Positions 25,091-36,900 of a stretch of DNA of 64,000 bases are shown piece by piece. The stretch is from positions 4,144,301 through 4,208,300 of the forward strand of contig NC_057759.1 of assembly GCF_004010195.1 (NCBI RefSeq), given 5' to 3'. The DNA comes from Chiloscyllium plagiosum. Lineage: Eukaryota. The notes beneath the pieces are model-generated. The model saw only the letters and a program-made list of their open reading frames with translations, was not told the DNA's origin and searched no databases. The position numbers and the translations under genes are program-made. Every line of letters starts with the position of its first letter. Position 1 is the stretch's first letter.

Positions 25091-25460
25091 GTTAAAAATC
25101 ACACAACACCAGGTTAAATGACAACAGGTTTATTTAAAGGCAATGGCTTTCAAAGCGCTGTTTTGAAAGCAAGAGCCTCCAAACGAACCTGTTGGACTAT
25201 AACTTGATGTTGTGTAATTTTTAACTTTGAGGAGAAAATTAGGACTGCAGATGCTGGAGATCAGAGCTGAAAATGTGTTGCTGGAAAAGCGCAGCAGGTC
25301 AGGCAGCATCCAAGGAACAGGAGAATCGACGTTTATGCCCGAAACGTCGATTCGCCTGTTCCTTGGATGCTGCCTGACCTGCTACGTTTTTCCAGCAACA
25401 CATTTTCAGCTCTCATTTTTAACTTTGTCCATCCCAGTCCAATACCACTAGCTCCAAACC
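25091..25460. mobile_element. Nested palindromic Penelope terminal-repeat elements
   Basis: Outer element matches 1281-1452. Inner inverted repeat 25230-25414 is flanked by direct repeat ATTTTTAACTTTG. Confidence 0.8.
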
Positions 25461-25607
25461 TTGATGAACAGAGAGACTGAGATGGAAAAGGACGCAGAAA
25501 ATCAACACAAACAAAGGGACAAATGGGAATACGGTGGTGAGAAAAAGGGGAACTGTATTGAAGCATGAAGGTGGAGATAAACATCGGAAGCAAATTGAAA
25601 ATAGTGA

Positions 25608-26770
25608 GAGTTATAGAGTCGTACAGCATGGAAACAGACCCTTTGGCACAAGTCGTCCATGCTGACCAGGTTTCCTATACTAAACTAGTTTCATTGACCT
25701 ATATTTGAAACGCATCCCGCTAATTCTTTCTTAATAATGTACCTGTTTAAATGCATTTTAAACGTTGTAATTATACTACCTCTACCACTTCCTTTTGCAG
25801 CTCATTCCATATATTAACCACCTTCAGCTCCCCTTTAAATCTTTCACAACTGACTTTAAACCTATGCCCTCGAGGTTTGGACTCCCCAATCCTGGGGAAA
25901 GGATCTTGGTTATTCTCCTCATCTATGCCCCTCATGATTTTCCAAATATCTGTAAAGTTACCCCTCAACCTCCGATGCTTCAGAGAAAAATGTTCCAACC
26001 TATCACTCTCTCTATAATTCAATCTTCCAATCCGTTAGCATCCTTGTAAATGTTTTCTGTACCCCTTTTGGTTTAATAACATCTTTCTTATCGTAGGGCA
26101 ACCAGCATTATACGCATAACTTTAAAAATGGCCTTACCAATGTGTTGTGCAGCTACAACATAATGTCCCAATTCCTATACTCAATGCACTGGCCAATTAA
26201 GGCATTTGTGTCAAACACCAAATTCACTGCATTGTCTACCAGCTATATCACTTACAAGGAACTATGTACTGCACCCCAAGGTCTGGTGGGCGGCACGGTG
26301 GCACAGTGGTTAGCACTGCTGCCTCACAGCGCCAGAAACCCGGGTTCAATTCCCGCCTCAGGCGACTGACTGTGTGGAATTTGCACATTGTCTGCGTGGG
26401 TTTCCTCTGGGTGCTCCGGTTTCCTCCCACAGTCCAAAGATGTGCAGGTCAGGTGAATTGGCCATGCTAAATTGTCCGTAGTGTTAGGTAAGGGGTGGTT
26501 TGCGCTTCGGTGGGTCGGTGTGGACTTGTTGGGCCGAAGGGCCTATTTCCACATTGTAAAGTAAAGTCTGTCTGGTCGACGACACTCCCCAGGATCATTC
26601 TATTAACTGTGTAAGTCCTGCGATTGCCTTAGCAAAATGCAATACCTTGCATTTATTCAAATCAAACTCAATTTGCCACTCGTTGGCCCATTGGCCCCTC
26701 TGATCAAGATCATATTTTACTCTTAGATAACGTTTTTCCCAAATGCCACTCAGTTTGGTGTGATCTGCAA
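25608..26770 (-). mobile_element. CR1 3' region with nested HE1 SINE (26287-26560, plus)
   Basis: RT C-terminal motifs (RGHRFKV, WANEWQIEF); SINE head and tail. Confidence 0.85.
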
Positions 26771-26788
26771 TCTTACGTCTTAACTTAC

Positions 26789-26810
26789 GCCTTCTCATCA
26801 TATTGAGAAA
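26789..26810 (-). other. Candidate 22-nt mini-exon
   Basis: ttctcattctttttcctttcag|TTTCTCAATATGATGAGAAGGC|gtaagt: strong acceptor and consensus donor. Confidence 0.5.
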
Positions 26811-27294
26811 CTGAAAGGAAAAAGAATGAGAACAGAGTGTGGGGATGGTGAGAAAGTGATTGACAGGAACCTACAGATTGTGATAGATAGACGAATAACA
26901 AAGCTTTTGTGAGGACCAAACACATAAGATATCAGCGCATACTTTGCAAATGCCACTTTCCATGTTACAAAATGCAGGCTAGTCTTCCAATGTTCTTGAC
27001 AGCAAATATGAGGGAGTTACTTAAACTGCCTTGAAAATGGATGGTTTGAATCAATGTGAATCTGCCTTGGCCGTCAAGGAAGAGTCGAGTGTTTATATGG
27101 TCGTGAAAACATAGCAACCTTTGTCCCCCACCCCCCACCATTGCCATCTGCTTCTGTCATGTTGCTTGCTGAAGACCAACCGGTGAATTAATTCAACCCT
27201 CTAACTCCCTCTCCATCAACTAATGCAACGGGAATCCACTTCTGGTTCGATGAGTCCTCAAAGTCGCCTCGTAACTTTGCCAGGAATGGAAATT

Positions 27295-27609
27295 TAGATT
27301 AGATTAGATTACATTACAGTGTGGAAACAGGCCCTTCGGCACAACAAGTCCACACCGACCCGCCGAAGCGAACCCACCCATTACCCTACATTTACCCCTT
27401 ACCTAACACTATGGGCAATTTAGTACGGCCAATTCACCTGACCCTGCACATCTTTGGACTGTGGGAGGAAACCGGAGCACCCGGAGGAAACCCACGCAGA
27501 CACGGGGAGAACGTGCAAACTCCAGACAGTCAGTCGACTGAGGCGGGAAGTGAACCCGGGTCTCTGGCGCTGTGAGGCGGCAGTGCTAACCACTGTGCCA
27601 CCGTGCCGC
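27295..27609 (-). mobile_element. HE1-type SINE
   Basis: Full SINE with (tctaa)n tail. Confidence 0.92.
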
Positions 27610-27945
27610 TAAGGCAATCGCAGGACTTACACAGTTAATAGAATGATCCTGGGGAGTGTTGTCGACCAGACAGACTTTACTTTACAATGTGGAAATAGGC
27701 CCTTCAGCCCAACAAGTCCACACCGACCCACCGAAGCGCAAACCATTTCCTCTCAAGCCCTTCAGCCTTTGCTCAGAGTATGGATCCGGCTCGAGTACGA
27801 GAGAGAAAAGCCTCCATGATTTTCATTTCTGCTTTAAAAAGTGTTTGTGAAGGTTTCCATCTCAGTTGAAAAAAAGGTCTGTTCCAAAACGGTCCAATAC
27901 TTCAAAGATTTATATACATCAGAGGATTGGGGAACTATAACATAC

Positions 27946-28028
27946 CAGAAAATGATCAGAAATAGTGAAGCACGCAGATACACAAAAACCATACAGGAAG
28001 AAAAGAATAATAATACCCTAAACAAATA
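27946..28028 (-). pseudogene. Candidate 83-nt hydrophobic (TM or leader) exon
   Basis: ttttttttacag acceptor, CTG|gtatgt donor. Phase-1 frame xFV*GIIILFFLYGFCVSACFTISDHFL; phase-0 frame YLFRVLLFFSSCMVFVYLRASLFLIIF. Confidence 0.4.
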
Positions 28029-28120
28029 CTGTAAAAAAAACAAATATCAGAAGTAAGAATATCAGAGGAACAGGAGTAGGCTATTCGTCTATTTGAGCCA
28101 GTTCTGCCAATTTATGAGAT

Positions 28121-30900
28121 TAGACAATAGACAATAGACAATAGACAATAGATGCAGGAGTAGGCCATTCAGCCCTTCGAGCCTGCACCGCCATATAATC
28201 ATGGCTGATCATTCCTAATCAGCATCCTGTTCCTGCCTTATCTCCATAACCCTTGATTCCACTATCTTTGAGAGCCCTATCCAACTCTTTCTTATTTGAA
28301 TCCAGAGAGTGGGCCTCCACTGCCCTCTGGGGCAGAGCATTCCACACAGCCACCACTTTCTGGGTGAAGAAGTTTCTCCTGAGCTCTGTCCTAAATGGTC
28401 TACCCCGTATTTTTAAGCTGTGTCCTCTGGTTCGGCACTCACCCATCAGTGGAAATATGTTTCCTACTGCCAGAGTGTCCAATCCTTTCATAATCTTATA
28501 CGTCTCAATCAGATCCCCTCTCAATCTTCGAAACCCAAGGGTATACAAGCCCAGTCGCTTCAGTCTTTCAGTGAAAAGCCCAGTCGCTTCAGTCTTTCAG
28601 TGAAAAGCCCAGTCGCTTCAGTCTTTCAGTGAAAAGCCCAGTCGCTTCAGTCTTTCAGTGAAAAGCCCAGTCGCTTCAGTCTTTCAGTGAAAAGCCCAGT
28701 CGCTTCAGTCTTTCAGTGAAAAGCCCAGTCGCTTCAGTCTTTCAGTGAAAAGCCCAGTCGCTTCAGTCTTTCAGTGTAAGGTAATCCTGCCATTCCAGGA
28801 ATTGACCTCGTGAACCTACGCTGCACTCCCTCAATAGCCAGAATGTCTTTCCTCAAATTTGGAGACCAGAACTGCACACAATATTCCAGNNNNNNNNNNN
28901 NNNNNNNNNNNNNNNNNNNNNNNNNNNNNNNNNNNNNNNNNNNNNNNNNNNNNNNNNNNNNNNNNNNNNNNNNNNNNNNNNNNNNNNNNNNNNNNNNNNN
29001 NNNNNNNNNNNNNNNNNNNNNNNNNNNNNNNNNNNNNNNNNNNNNNNNNNNNNNNNNNNNNNNNNNNNNNNNNNNNNNNNNNNNNNNNNNNNNNNNNNNN
29101 NNNNNNNNNNNNNNNNNNNNNNNNNNNNNNNNNNNNNNNNNNNNNNNNNNNNNNNNNNNNNNNNNNNNNNNNNNNNNNNNNNNNNNNNNNNNNNNNNNNN
29201 NNNNNNNNNNNNNNNNNNNNNNNNNNNNNNNNNNNNNNNNNNNNNNNNNNNNNNNNNNNNNNNNNNNNNNNNNNNNNNNNNNNNNNNNNNNNNNNNNNNN
29301 NNNNNNNNNNNNNNNNNNNNNNNNNNNNNNNNNNNNNNNNNNNNNNNNNNNNNNNNNNNNNNNNNNNNNNNNNNNNNNNNNNNNNNNNNNNNNNNNNNNN
29401 NNNNNNNNNNNNNNNNNNNNNNNNNNNNNNNNNNNNNNNNNNNNNNNNNNNNNNNNNNNNNNNNNNNNNNNNNNNNNNNNNNNNNNNNNNNNNNNNNNNN
29501 NNNNNNNNNNNNNNNNNNNNNNNNNNNNNNNNNNNNNNNNNNNNNNNNNNNNNNNNNNNNNNNNNNNNNNNNNNNNNNNNNNNNNNNNNNNNNNNNNNNN
29601 NNNNNNNNNNNNNNNNNNNNNNNNNNNNNNNNNNNNNNNNNNNNNNNNGACCCTGAATCTATTGAACTCTGGAAAATAATCACCAACGCATCCACGATTT
29701 CCCGAGCCACCTTCTTCAGTACCCTGGGATGCAGACCATCAGGCCCTGGAGACTTATCAACCTTCAGACCTAACAGCCTTTCCAACACCAAATCCTGGCA
29801 AATATAGATTCCCTTAAGTTCAGGTCCTTCAGCCACTGTTACCTCAGGGATATTGCTTGTGTCTTCTCCAGTGAACACAGATCTGAAGTACCAATTCAAT
29901 TCTTCTGCCATTTCTTTGTTCCTAGTAATATATTCCCCTGTTTCTGTCTTCAGGGGCCCAATTTTTGTCCTAACCATTTTTTTGCCTTGCACATACCTAA
30001 AAAAGCTTTTATATCCTCCTTTATATTCTTGGCCAGTTTACCTTCGTACCTCCTTTTTCTTCTGCGTATTTCCTTCTTAGTAATCCTCTGTTGCTCTTTA
30101 AAAGCTTCTCAGTCCTCAGTTTTCCCACTTATCTTTGCTATGTTTTTCTCTTTTAACTTTATATGTTTCTTTACTTCCCTCGTCAGCCACGGCCACCCAT
30201 GCCTCCTCCTAGGATCTTTCTTCCTTTTTGGAATGAACTGATCCTGCATCTTCTGCATTATACACAGAAATATCCGCCATTGTTCCTCCACTGTCATCCC
30301 TGCTAAGGTATTGCACCATTGAACTTTGGCCCGCTCCTCCCTCATAGCTCCATAGTTCCCTTTATTCAACAGAAGTACTGTCACTTCCGATTGTACCCTC
30401 TCCCTCTCAAATTGCAGATTGAAGCTTATTGTATTATGGTCACTACTTCTCAATGGCTCCTTCACTTCGAGGTCTCTGACCAATTCTGGTTTGTTACACA
30501 ATACCAGATTCAGAATTGCCTTCTCCCTGGTCGGCTCCAGCACCAGCTGCTCTAAGAATCCATCTCTGAGGCACTCCACAAAGTCTCTTTCTTGAGGCCC
30601 CATACCATCCTGATTCTCCCAGTCTACATGCATGTTAAAATCCCCCATTAGAAATGTAGTGACATCTTTGCGACAGGCCAATTTCAGCTCCTGATTTAAC
30701 TTACATCCGACATCCAGACTACTGTTTGGAGGCCTGTAGATGACTCCCAAGAGGGTCTTTTTACCCTTAGTATTTCGAAGCTCTATCCACACTGACTCTA
30801 CATCCCCTGACTCTAGGTCCCCTCGCGCAAGGGACTGAATATCATCCCTTACCAACAAGGCCACCACACCCCCTCTGCCCGTCAGTCTGTCCTTACGATA
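28121..30900 (-). mobile_element. 5'-truncated CR1 LINE (endonuclease + RT); gap 28890-29648
   Basis: IYRPP, GDFN, SDHN, KSPGPDG motifs; (ctattgt)n tail. Confidence 0.93.
28547..28776 (+). repeat. Perfect 29-bp minisatellite, 8 copies, inside CR1 ORF2
   Basis: Unit aagcccagtcgcttcagtctttcagtgaa at 28547, 28576 ... 28750. Confidence 0.95.
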
Positions 30901-31760
30901 GATTGTGGCTAATCTGCAACTTCACTCCATACACTTTCCTTTGGCCCCTTCCTATTTGATACCTCTGCTTAACAAAAATGCTTCTCTCTCAGATTGAAAT
31001 CAAATAATTCATCCAGCAGCCCAGGTGGTTTGTGGAAGGCAGTTCCACACTTCTCCCACACTTAATGTAATGAGTATCTTCGATAGACTTGGTTCAGATC
31101 TCCAGCATCCGCAACTCCTTGTCTCATTTTTGCAACTCCAACTTTCTGTCTCACTCTTGCAGTGCCCAAACTGTTATTTAGGATCAGGAATGCAGGAGTA
31201 GGCCATTCAGCCACTTGAACCTATTCCACTATTCAATGAGATTGTGGCTGATGTATGGCCTAATGCCATATGGGGACTCTTCAAACAAAAATGTACCTCT
31301 CTTAGATTGAAAACTAACAACTGATCCAGCATCCACTACTGTTTGTGGAAGAGAGCTGCAGGCTGAAGTGTTTCCTAATGTGGTGTGGATTTCATTCTCA
31401 GACTATGCCCTCCCAAGTAGTCGAAATTCCACCCCCCCCCCCCCCCCACCACCAATGGAAATAGTTTCTTTTTTCCCACTCTGTCCTTTCCTGTTTATAT
31501 CTTGAAGAATTCATTCAGGCCACTCCTTAGCTTTCTAAATTCTCCTCATAACTTAACCTTCTGAAGTCCAGGAATCATTATTTGTACGCCTCCCAGACCA
31601 ATCTATTCTTTCTAAGGCATGGTGCCCAGACTTGCCCCAAGTAGGATCCAAACACGGTTTTGTATAACTGCAACATAACTTCTGCATCATTGCACTCCAT
31701 TCCTCTCGATATAAAGGTCAGCATTCCATTAACTGTCTTGATTATGAATACAACTAGACC
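30900..31760 (-). mobile_element. Old CR1 3' fragments
   Basis: MLTFISRGME..EVMLQLYKT remnant and CR1 3' UTR. Confidence 0.65.
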
Positions 31761-32799
31761 ATTATCAATGTGAGAAACCGTAAACATGTGGTCTGCAGCA
31801 AGGATCAGTACTGATTACAATTAATGTTATGAACTGGATAAATGGACTTAATGCATTGTAGTGAAAAGCTTTGCTTTTTTAACAAACTTTGATTGGGGTA
31901 GCAGGTTGTAGCGAGGTCACAATGTTGGTTCAGTGTGTTAATGATGGATGAAGTCAACTGGCAAAAGAAAAATAGAGTTTAACGTGAGAAAATAGAGTAC
32001 CAGTCATTCTGACATGATGTGCATTTTGTCAATGCAAATTCTCAGTAAAGCAGTTATGAATTATGTACACGATTTCTGAAGTGTGAATTTTTAAAATGTG
32101 TGCTTGCTGCAGTGCGATTGCATCACCAACGCTTTAAGCAATGTCTCATTGGAGTGATTTTTCTATCGTTCCGAATTGCTCAAGAACGCAACCATCATGT
32201 TATAGAAGAAATATCCGTATTCAATTGGGTCGAACCAATTGACACTCAGGATATGATTTGAATGGGGAGGGGGCAGACTTTTCTTATTCATTCACAGGAT
32301 GTGGGCATTGCTGCCTGTGACAGCATTTATTGACCAGAGAGCTGTTAAGTATCAATTGCATTGCAGAGGCGTAGGCGTAAACCAAGTTTGGATAGCAGAT
32401 TTCCTTTTCTGAACGACATTATTGAGTGAGCCAGGTGAGTATTTCCCCAACAGTCGACAGTGGTTTGATGGTCATCATTAAAATCTGATTTCTAGATTAT
32501 TATTGGATTCAAATTCAAATGGAGGGATTTTAACAGCAGTCCAAGACATGACTTGGTCTCTGCATTAACTCTGTCTTGTCATCATACCGTTATCACACAG
32601 AAAAATCTGACAGTCCACTTAGGAAGGTGCACTTTCTTTTTAAAAGAAAAGCACAACAAGGTTTGTAAGAGAGAAGCTGAATGTTGGATTTTGTTACAAG
32701 CTCGATTAGAATATGAAAGTTTGAAATTTGCTGCTAGACACTGGTGCAGACATATCCAATGACTTTATTGGTTTTTCCCCCCTTATTTATCGTGTAGTC

Positions 32800-33130
32800 C
32801 TACAGTGGCCAAACAGGATATTTGGCCCAAAAGGTCCACACCAAACGTCTGAAAAATAACCCAGCCAGACATATTCCCCTACTTAATTAGGCCTGATTAA
32901 TGCACCTAATCTACATATGCATGAACCCCGCAAGCAATTTAGCATTGATAGTTCAACTGACCTGCAATTCTTTAGATTGTGGGAGAAAACCAGAACACCT
33001 GGCTGTAACCAAGCAGGCACAGGGAGAATGTGCAAACTCCAGGCAGACAGTCACCCAGGGTTGGAATCGACCCAGGTCCGGAATCGACCCCAGGTCCCGA
33101 GTGATGTGAGGCAGCAGTGCTAACCATAGA
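32800..33130 (-). mobile_element. Old HE1-related SINE
   Basis: Diverged core and tRNA head. Confidence 0.75.
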
Positions 33131-34218
33131 GTAGTACAGATTGAGGGATATATTTGAGACCTATAAAATTATGAAGGACAAAGATAGTGCAGATAGCAAA
33201 AACCTTTATTTATAACATGCAACATTGATTATATTTTTCTATCTCTTTCGCCCCGCAACAGCTACCAGACATGTTGAGTTTCCTCAGGAATTTGTGTTTA
33301 TATCCTGTAATGTCAACTCTGTTTTTCTTGTTCTCTCTCTCTCTCACGGGCGCGTGCGTGCGCAACACATCACACACTCCACCCAGCACCACGCTGCCAG
33401 ACCTTCTGAGGTTTTCGTGTAAATTTTGCATTTGTTTCAGACTTTCAGCATCCATAGTTTTTTGCTTTATCTTGGAGAATACATTTTGTTTATCGTTTGC
33501 AATTCTTTTTTTCAGTTATGATCTTCTAAACCGAGGAAGGATGTTCTGGCTATGGAGGGAGCGCAACGAAGCTTTCCCAGGCTGATTCCTGGGATAGCAG
33601 GACTGATGGATGAAGGGAGACTGAATCGTTTGGAAGTATATCCACGAGATTGTTTTTAACGAGGGGCCTTCTCATAGAAACATATAAACTTTGCAAGAGC
33701 AGACGACAGGGATAAACATAGAGAAGGTGTTTTGGGTATATATGGGGATTGAGGGCGGTGATTTCAGAAGCTAATTATTACAATCTGATGGAGATCGGAT
33801 AGGACTAGGATAAGAATATCTTCACCCCGTGAGCAGTAAGCCTGTTGAAGTCTTTGCCAAAGAAAGCGTGGGGGGCCAGAACTTTGAATATTGTTCGAGA
33901 AGGAGTTGGATAGAGTTCTTAGAGGCTGAAACGGGGTACAGGGGACTGAGCTGAATGATCCCATTGAATGGGCAGAGCGGACCAGTGGGGCCGAATGCCC
34001 TACTCCTACTCCTATTTTCTGTGTTTCTCAGACACAGTGACAAATGAAGAACTCTTGGCATAGCATTGTAGCAGAAACACTAGCAGGCAGATCGACAGCA
34101 ACTCCTCAATAAGAGTGTGATTTAATGTGCTCTAAGCATGCTGTAATAGACAATGCCGCAGTTCCACGTACAGGTGCCAGTGGTACACACTGAGAAACAT
34201 TTCTCTGTCTTCACTCAC

Positions 34219-34254
34219 GGGAAAAGGCACTTTTCACTGCATTTAACCTTTGCT
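34219..34254 (-). other. Candidate 36-nt mini-exon
   Basis: atatttttcag|AGCAAAGGTTAAATGCAGTGAAAAGTGCCTTTTCCC|gtgagt; phase 1 reads xQRLNAVKSAFS. Confidence 0.5.
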
Positions 34255-34934
34255 CTGAAAAATATCTGTGTTTTTCCTTCTTAACATGAGCGTACTCTTG
34301 CGAAGGAGGCACGTGAACACTGGGGGCTAACTTATGGTTGAAGTGGATGATAAACAACGGAAATAGATGGAAATAGGGTTACAACGGTCACACGGAAACA
34401 GATGGGATTGGTTTTAGTGGACGTAGATCCCTCCGCAGATTCCTCAGTCACAGAGCATGGAAACAGACGCTTTAGTCCAACTCATCCATGCTGGCCTGGG
34501 TTCCCCAACTGAACTAACCCCTCCCCCATTAACTGTGAGAGTCCTGCTTTGGTTCATTTAACCACCTCACATTTATGTGGTTTGAACTTCCATCTGAAAC
34601 TCCTCAGATCGTTGGCCCATTCTGTCTAAATCTCGCAGTCTTCGATAATCTTCTTCACTGTCCACCATGTTTTGAAATTTGGTGCTATCTTGCAAGCTTC
34701 TTCAGCTAACGAGGATTAAAGCTTCCTTCTCAGCCAGATCCATGGTTGCTTTTGGTAGTTAGATGAGCTGAAACCACACGTCCAGCGAAAATACACTGTA
34801 GTCAAGTAGTCAGGTTTCATTAGACAGGGTTAATATTTATTTTTAAATAGATAAATGGTCTGTGTTATGTTTCGACCTGGAATCCAAAATCATGAAATAC
34901 TTGAGGATAGTGTGTGAACCCATATGATGGTTAC

Positions 34935-35009
34935 GTTTCATTCTCAACGGTCGGATATTTCTGCTCTGTTTCTGTTGATGTTCTTTCGACAGAATATACA
35001 GGTCACCTC
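34935..35009 (-). other. Candidate 75-nt exon (phase 1-1), acceptor tract abutted by a Penelope insertion
   Basis: cag|GA GGT GAC CTG...ATG AAA C|gtaacc = xGDLYILSKEHQQKQSRNIRPLRMK. Confidence 0.3.
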
Positions 35010-35019
35010 CTGCTATCCT

Positions 35020-35660
35020 GGCAGCATCTGTAAGGAGAGAAAAGAACTGACGTTTCGAGTCTATCTGACCCTTTGTCAAAGCTAAAAAAAGGGAGAAATA
35101 GGGAGATATTTATACGAGGCTGAGAGAAGGTGCGTCATGGCTCCAGAAGCAAAGGTAGTAATAAAGAGGTGATAATGACAGTGCATAGAGAGATTATAGG
35201 GAAATTATTAGCTGTGAATGGCAAAGGCTGAAGCCAACGCTATGTGACAAAATATGTGGCTTCACCCATCCCCCCATCTCCCATATATTTTGTCACATAG
35301 CACTGGCTTCAGCTTTGGTCATTCACAGCTCCTCATCTCCCTATAATGCATTGTTATTATCACCTCTTTATTGCTACCTTTGCTTTTGGAGCCATGTCTC
35401 ACCTTCTCTCATTCTGGATTAGTGGTACTGGAAGAGCACAGCAGTTCAGGCAGCATCCAAAGAACTTTTTTACCTCACCTTCTCTCAGCCTAGTATAAAT
35501 ACCTCCCTATTTCTCCCTTTTTTTAGCTTTCACAAAGGGTCAGTAAAACTCGAAACGTCAGTTCTTTTCTCTCCTTACAGATGCTGCGAGACCTGCTGAG
35601 ATTTTCCAGCATTTTCTCCTTTGGTTGCAGATTCCAGCATCCGCAGTAATTTGCTTTTAC
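35020..35660. mobile_element. Inverted pair of Penelope terminal repeats (~250-bp arms)
   Basis: 35020-35265 is the reverse complement of ~35281-35590. Each arm has a degenerate hammerhead (tgacaaagggtc...gactcgaaacgtc). Confidence 0.8.
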
Positions 35661-36675
35661 CTAATGCTATCCTTCTGAATTCAGAAAACGGTTAGCAAAA
35701 TCGAAAAACTTTTTCAGGAACGAAGGTAACCAGGCATAGGGTAGTGTTGATGGTATTGACATTCTGACAATAACATAGCCATGTGAATAATACGACAATG
35801 AAAACTGTGTAAAGTAAATGGATGAGATTATGCAATAAGAAACAGCAGGGAGAACCTTGGGCAGTATTAGGCATTCGGACTTACCACGATCAGATCATTG
35901 TGATATGACTCTGACCTGGCATTGTGCTTTTGTGGACTTTCAAAGAATATGCTCAATCCGCTCCACCAATCAATAAGAGCATGGCTGATCTGATTTTAAC
36001 ATCAACTCTCCATTCCTACATATCCCCTAATAACTTCCATTTCCTTGGTCATCAAAAACCTAGCTACCTTTGTCTTCGAAATACTTAAAGGCGTTGTATC
36101 CACTGTATATTGTATAAGGGAATTTCAAAATCTCTTTACCGTCTGAAAGAAATAAAACATTTCGCCATCTCCATTATAAAGGAGCAGGCTCTTATTTTTA
36201 ATCTCTGGAACCTAGTTCTAAATTCTCCAACAATAGACCACCCTTTCAAGATTCGCCTAGTCAAATGTCCCCAGGGTCTTGCATGCTTCAATTATGCCAC
36301 CTTTGATTCTTCGGACCTCCAGAGGATAGAGGTCCAGTCTGCCTACCCTTTCCTCATAAAACGATCTGCTCCTTCCACGTATTGATTTAGGTAAGCTTCT
36401 TGGAACTGTTTCCAATGATTAAAATCCTCCAGTAAGTAAGGTACTGCACAAAACACTCCAGTCGTGGTCTCAGCAATGCCCTCTCTACACTTTTATTCAA
36501 TTCCCTTCACAATAAACCATCGCATTCTATTAGTTTTCCTGATAATTTGCTATACCCACATACTTCAGTGTTTCATGCACGGGGGCACGCAGATGCCTCT
36601 GCATCTCAGAGCTCTGCAACCCCATCTCCAGTAGAGTGTACATACTGTACTGACGAAAATAATGTGTCTACTTAC

Positions 36676-36722
36676 AATGGAGACAGAGTCCATTCCACGT
36701 TAGGAGGAGCAACACCTTACAT
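36676..36722 (-). pseudogene. Signal-peptide-like first exon with a frameshift after ATG
   Basis: ctgccATG-T-AAG GTG TTG CTC CTC CTA ACG TGG AAT GGA CTC TGT CTC CAT T|gtaagt = M-KVLLLLTWNGLCLH, phase 1 donor. Confidence 0.45.
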
Positions 36723-36767
36723 GGCAGGCTGCTGTCAGGGTGGCGATCACTGGACTGTAGTCAGCAG

Positions 36768-36900
36768 GGTAAAAAACAATGGCTGCAGATCCTGGAAACC
36801 AGATTCGGGAGTAGAGTGGTGCTGGAAAAGCAGAGCAGTTCAGGCAGCATCCGAGGAGCAGTAAAATCGACGTTTCGGGCAAAAGCTCTTCATCAGGAAT
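36768..36900 (-). mobile_element. Penelope terminal-repeat fragment with hammerhead (core 36869-36896)
   Basis: CUGAUGA-A-GAGC-uuuu-GCCC-GAAA-CGUC. Confidence 0.8.

Noticed and set aside
28547..28776. CRISPR-like array of 29-bp repeats
   Set aside because: No spacers, lies within a LINE ORF in a vertebrate genome; it is a minisatellite
35885..35915. 31-nt segment before a gtaagt donor
   Set aside because: Poor acceptor tract and stops in the compatible frame
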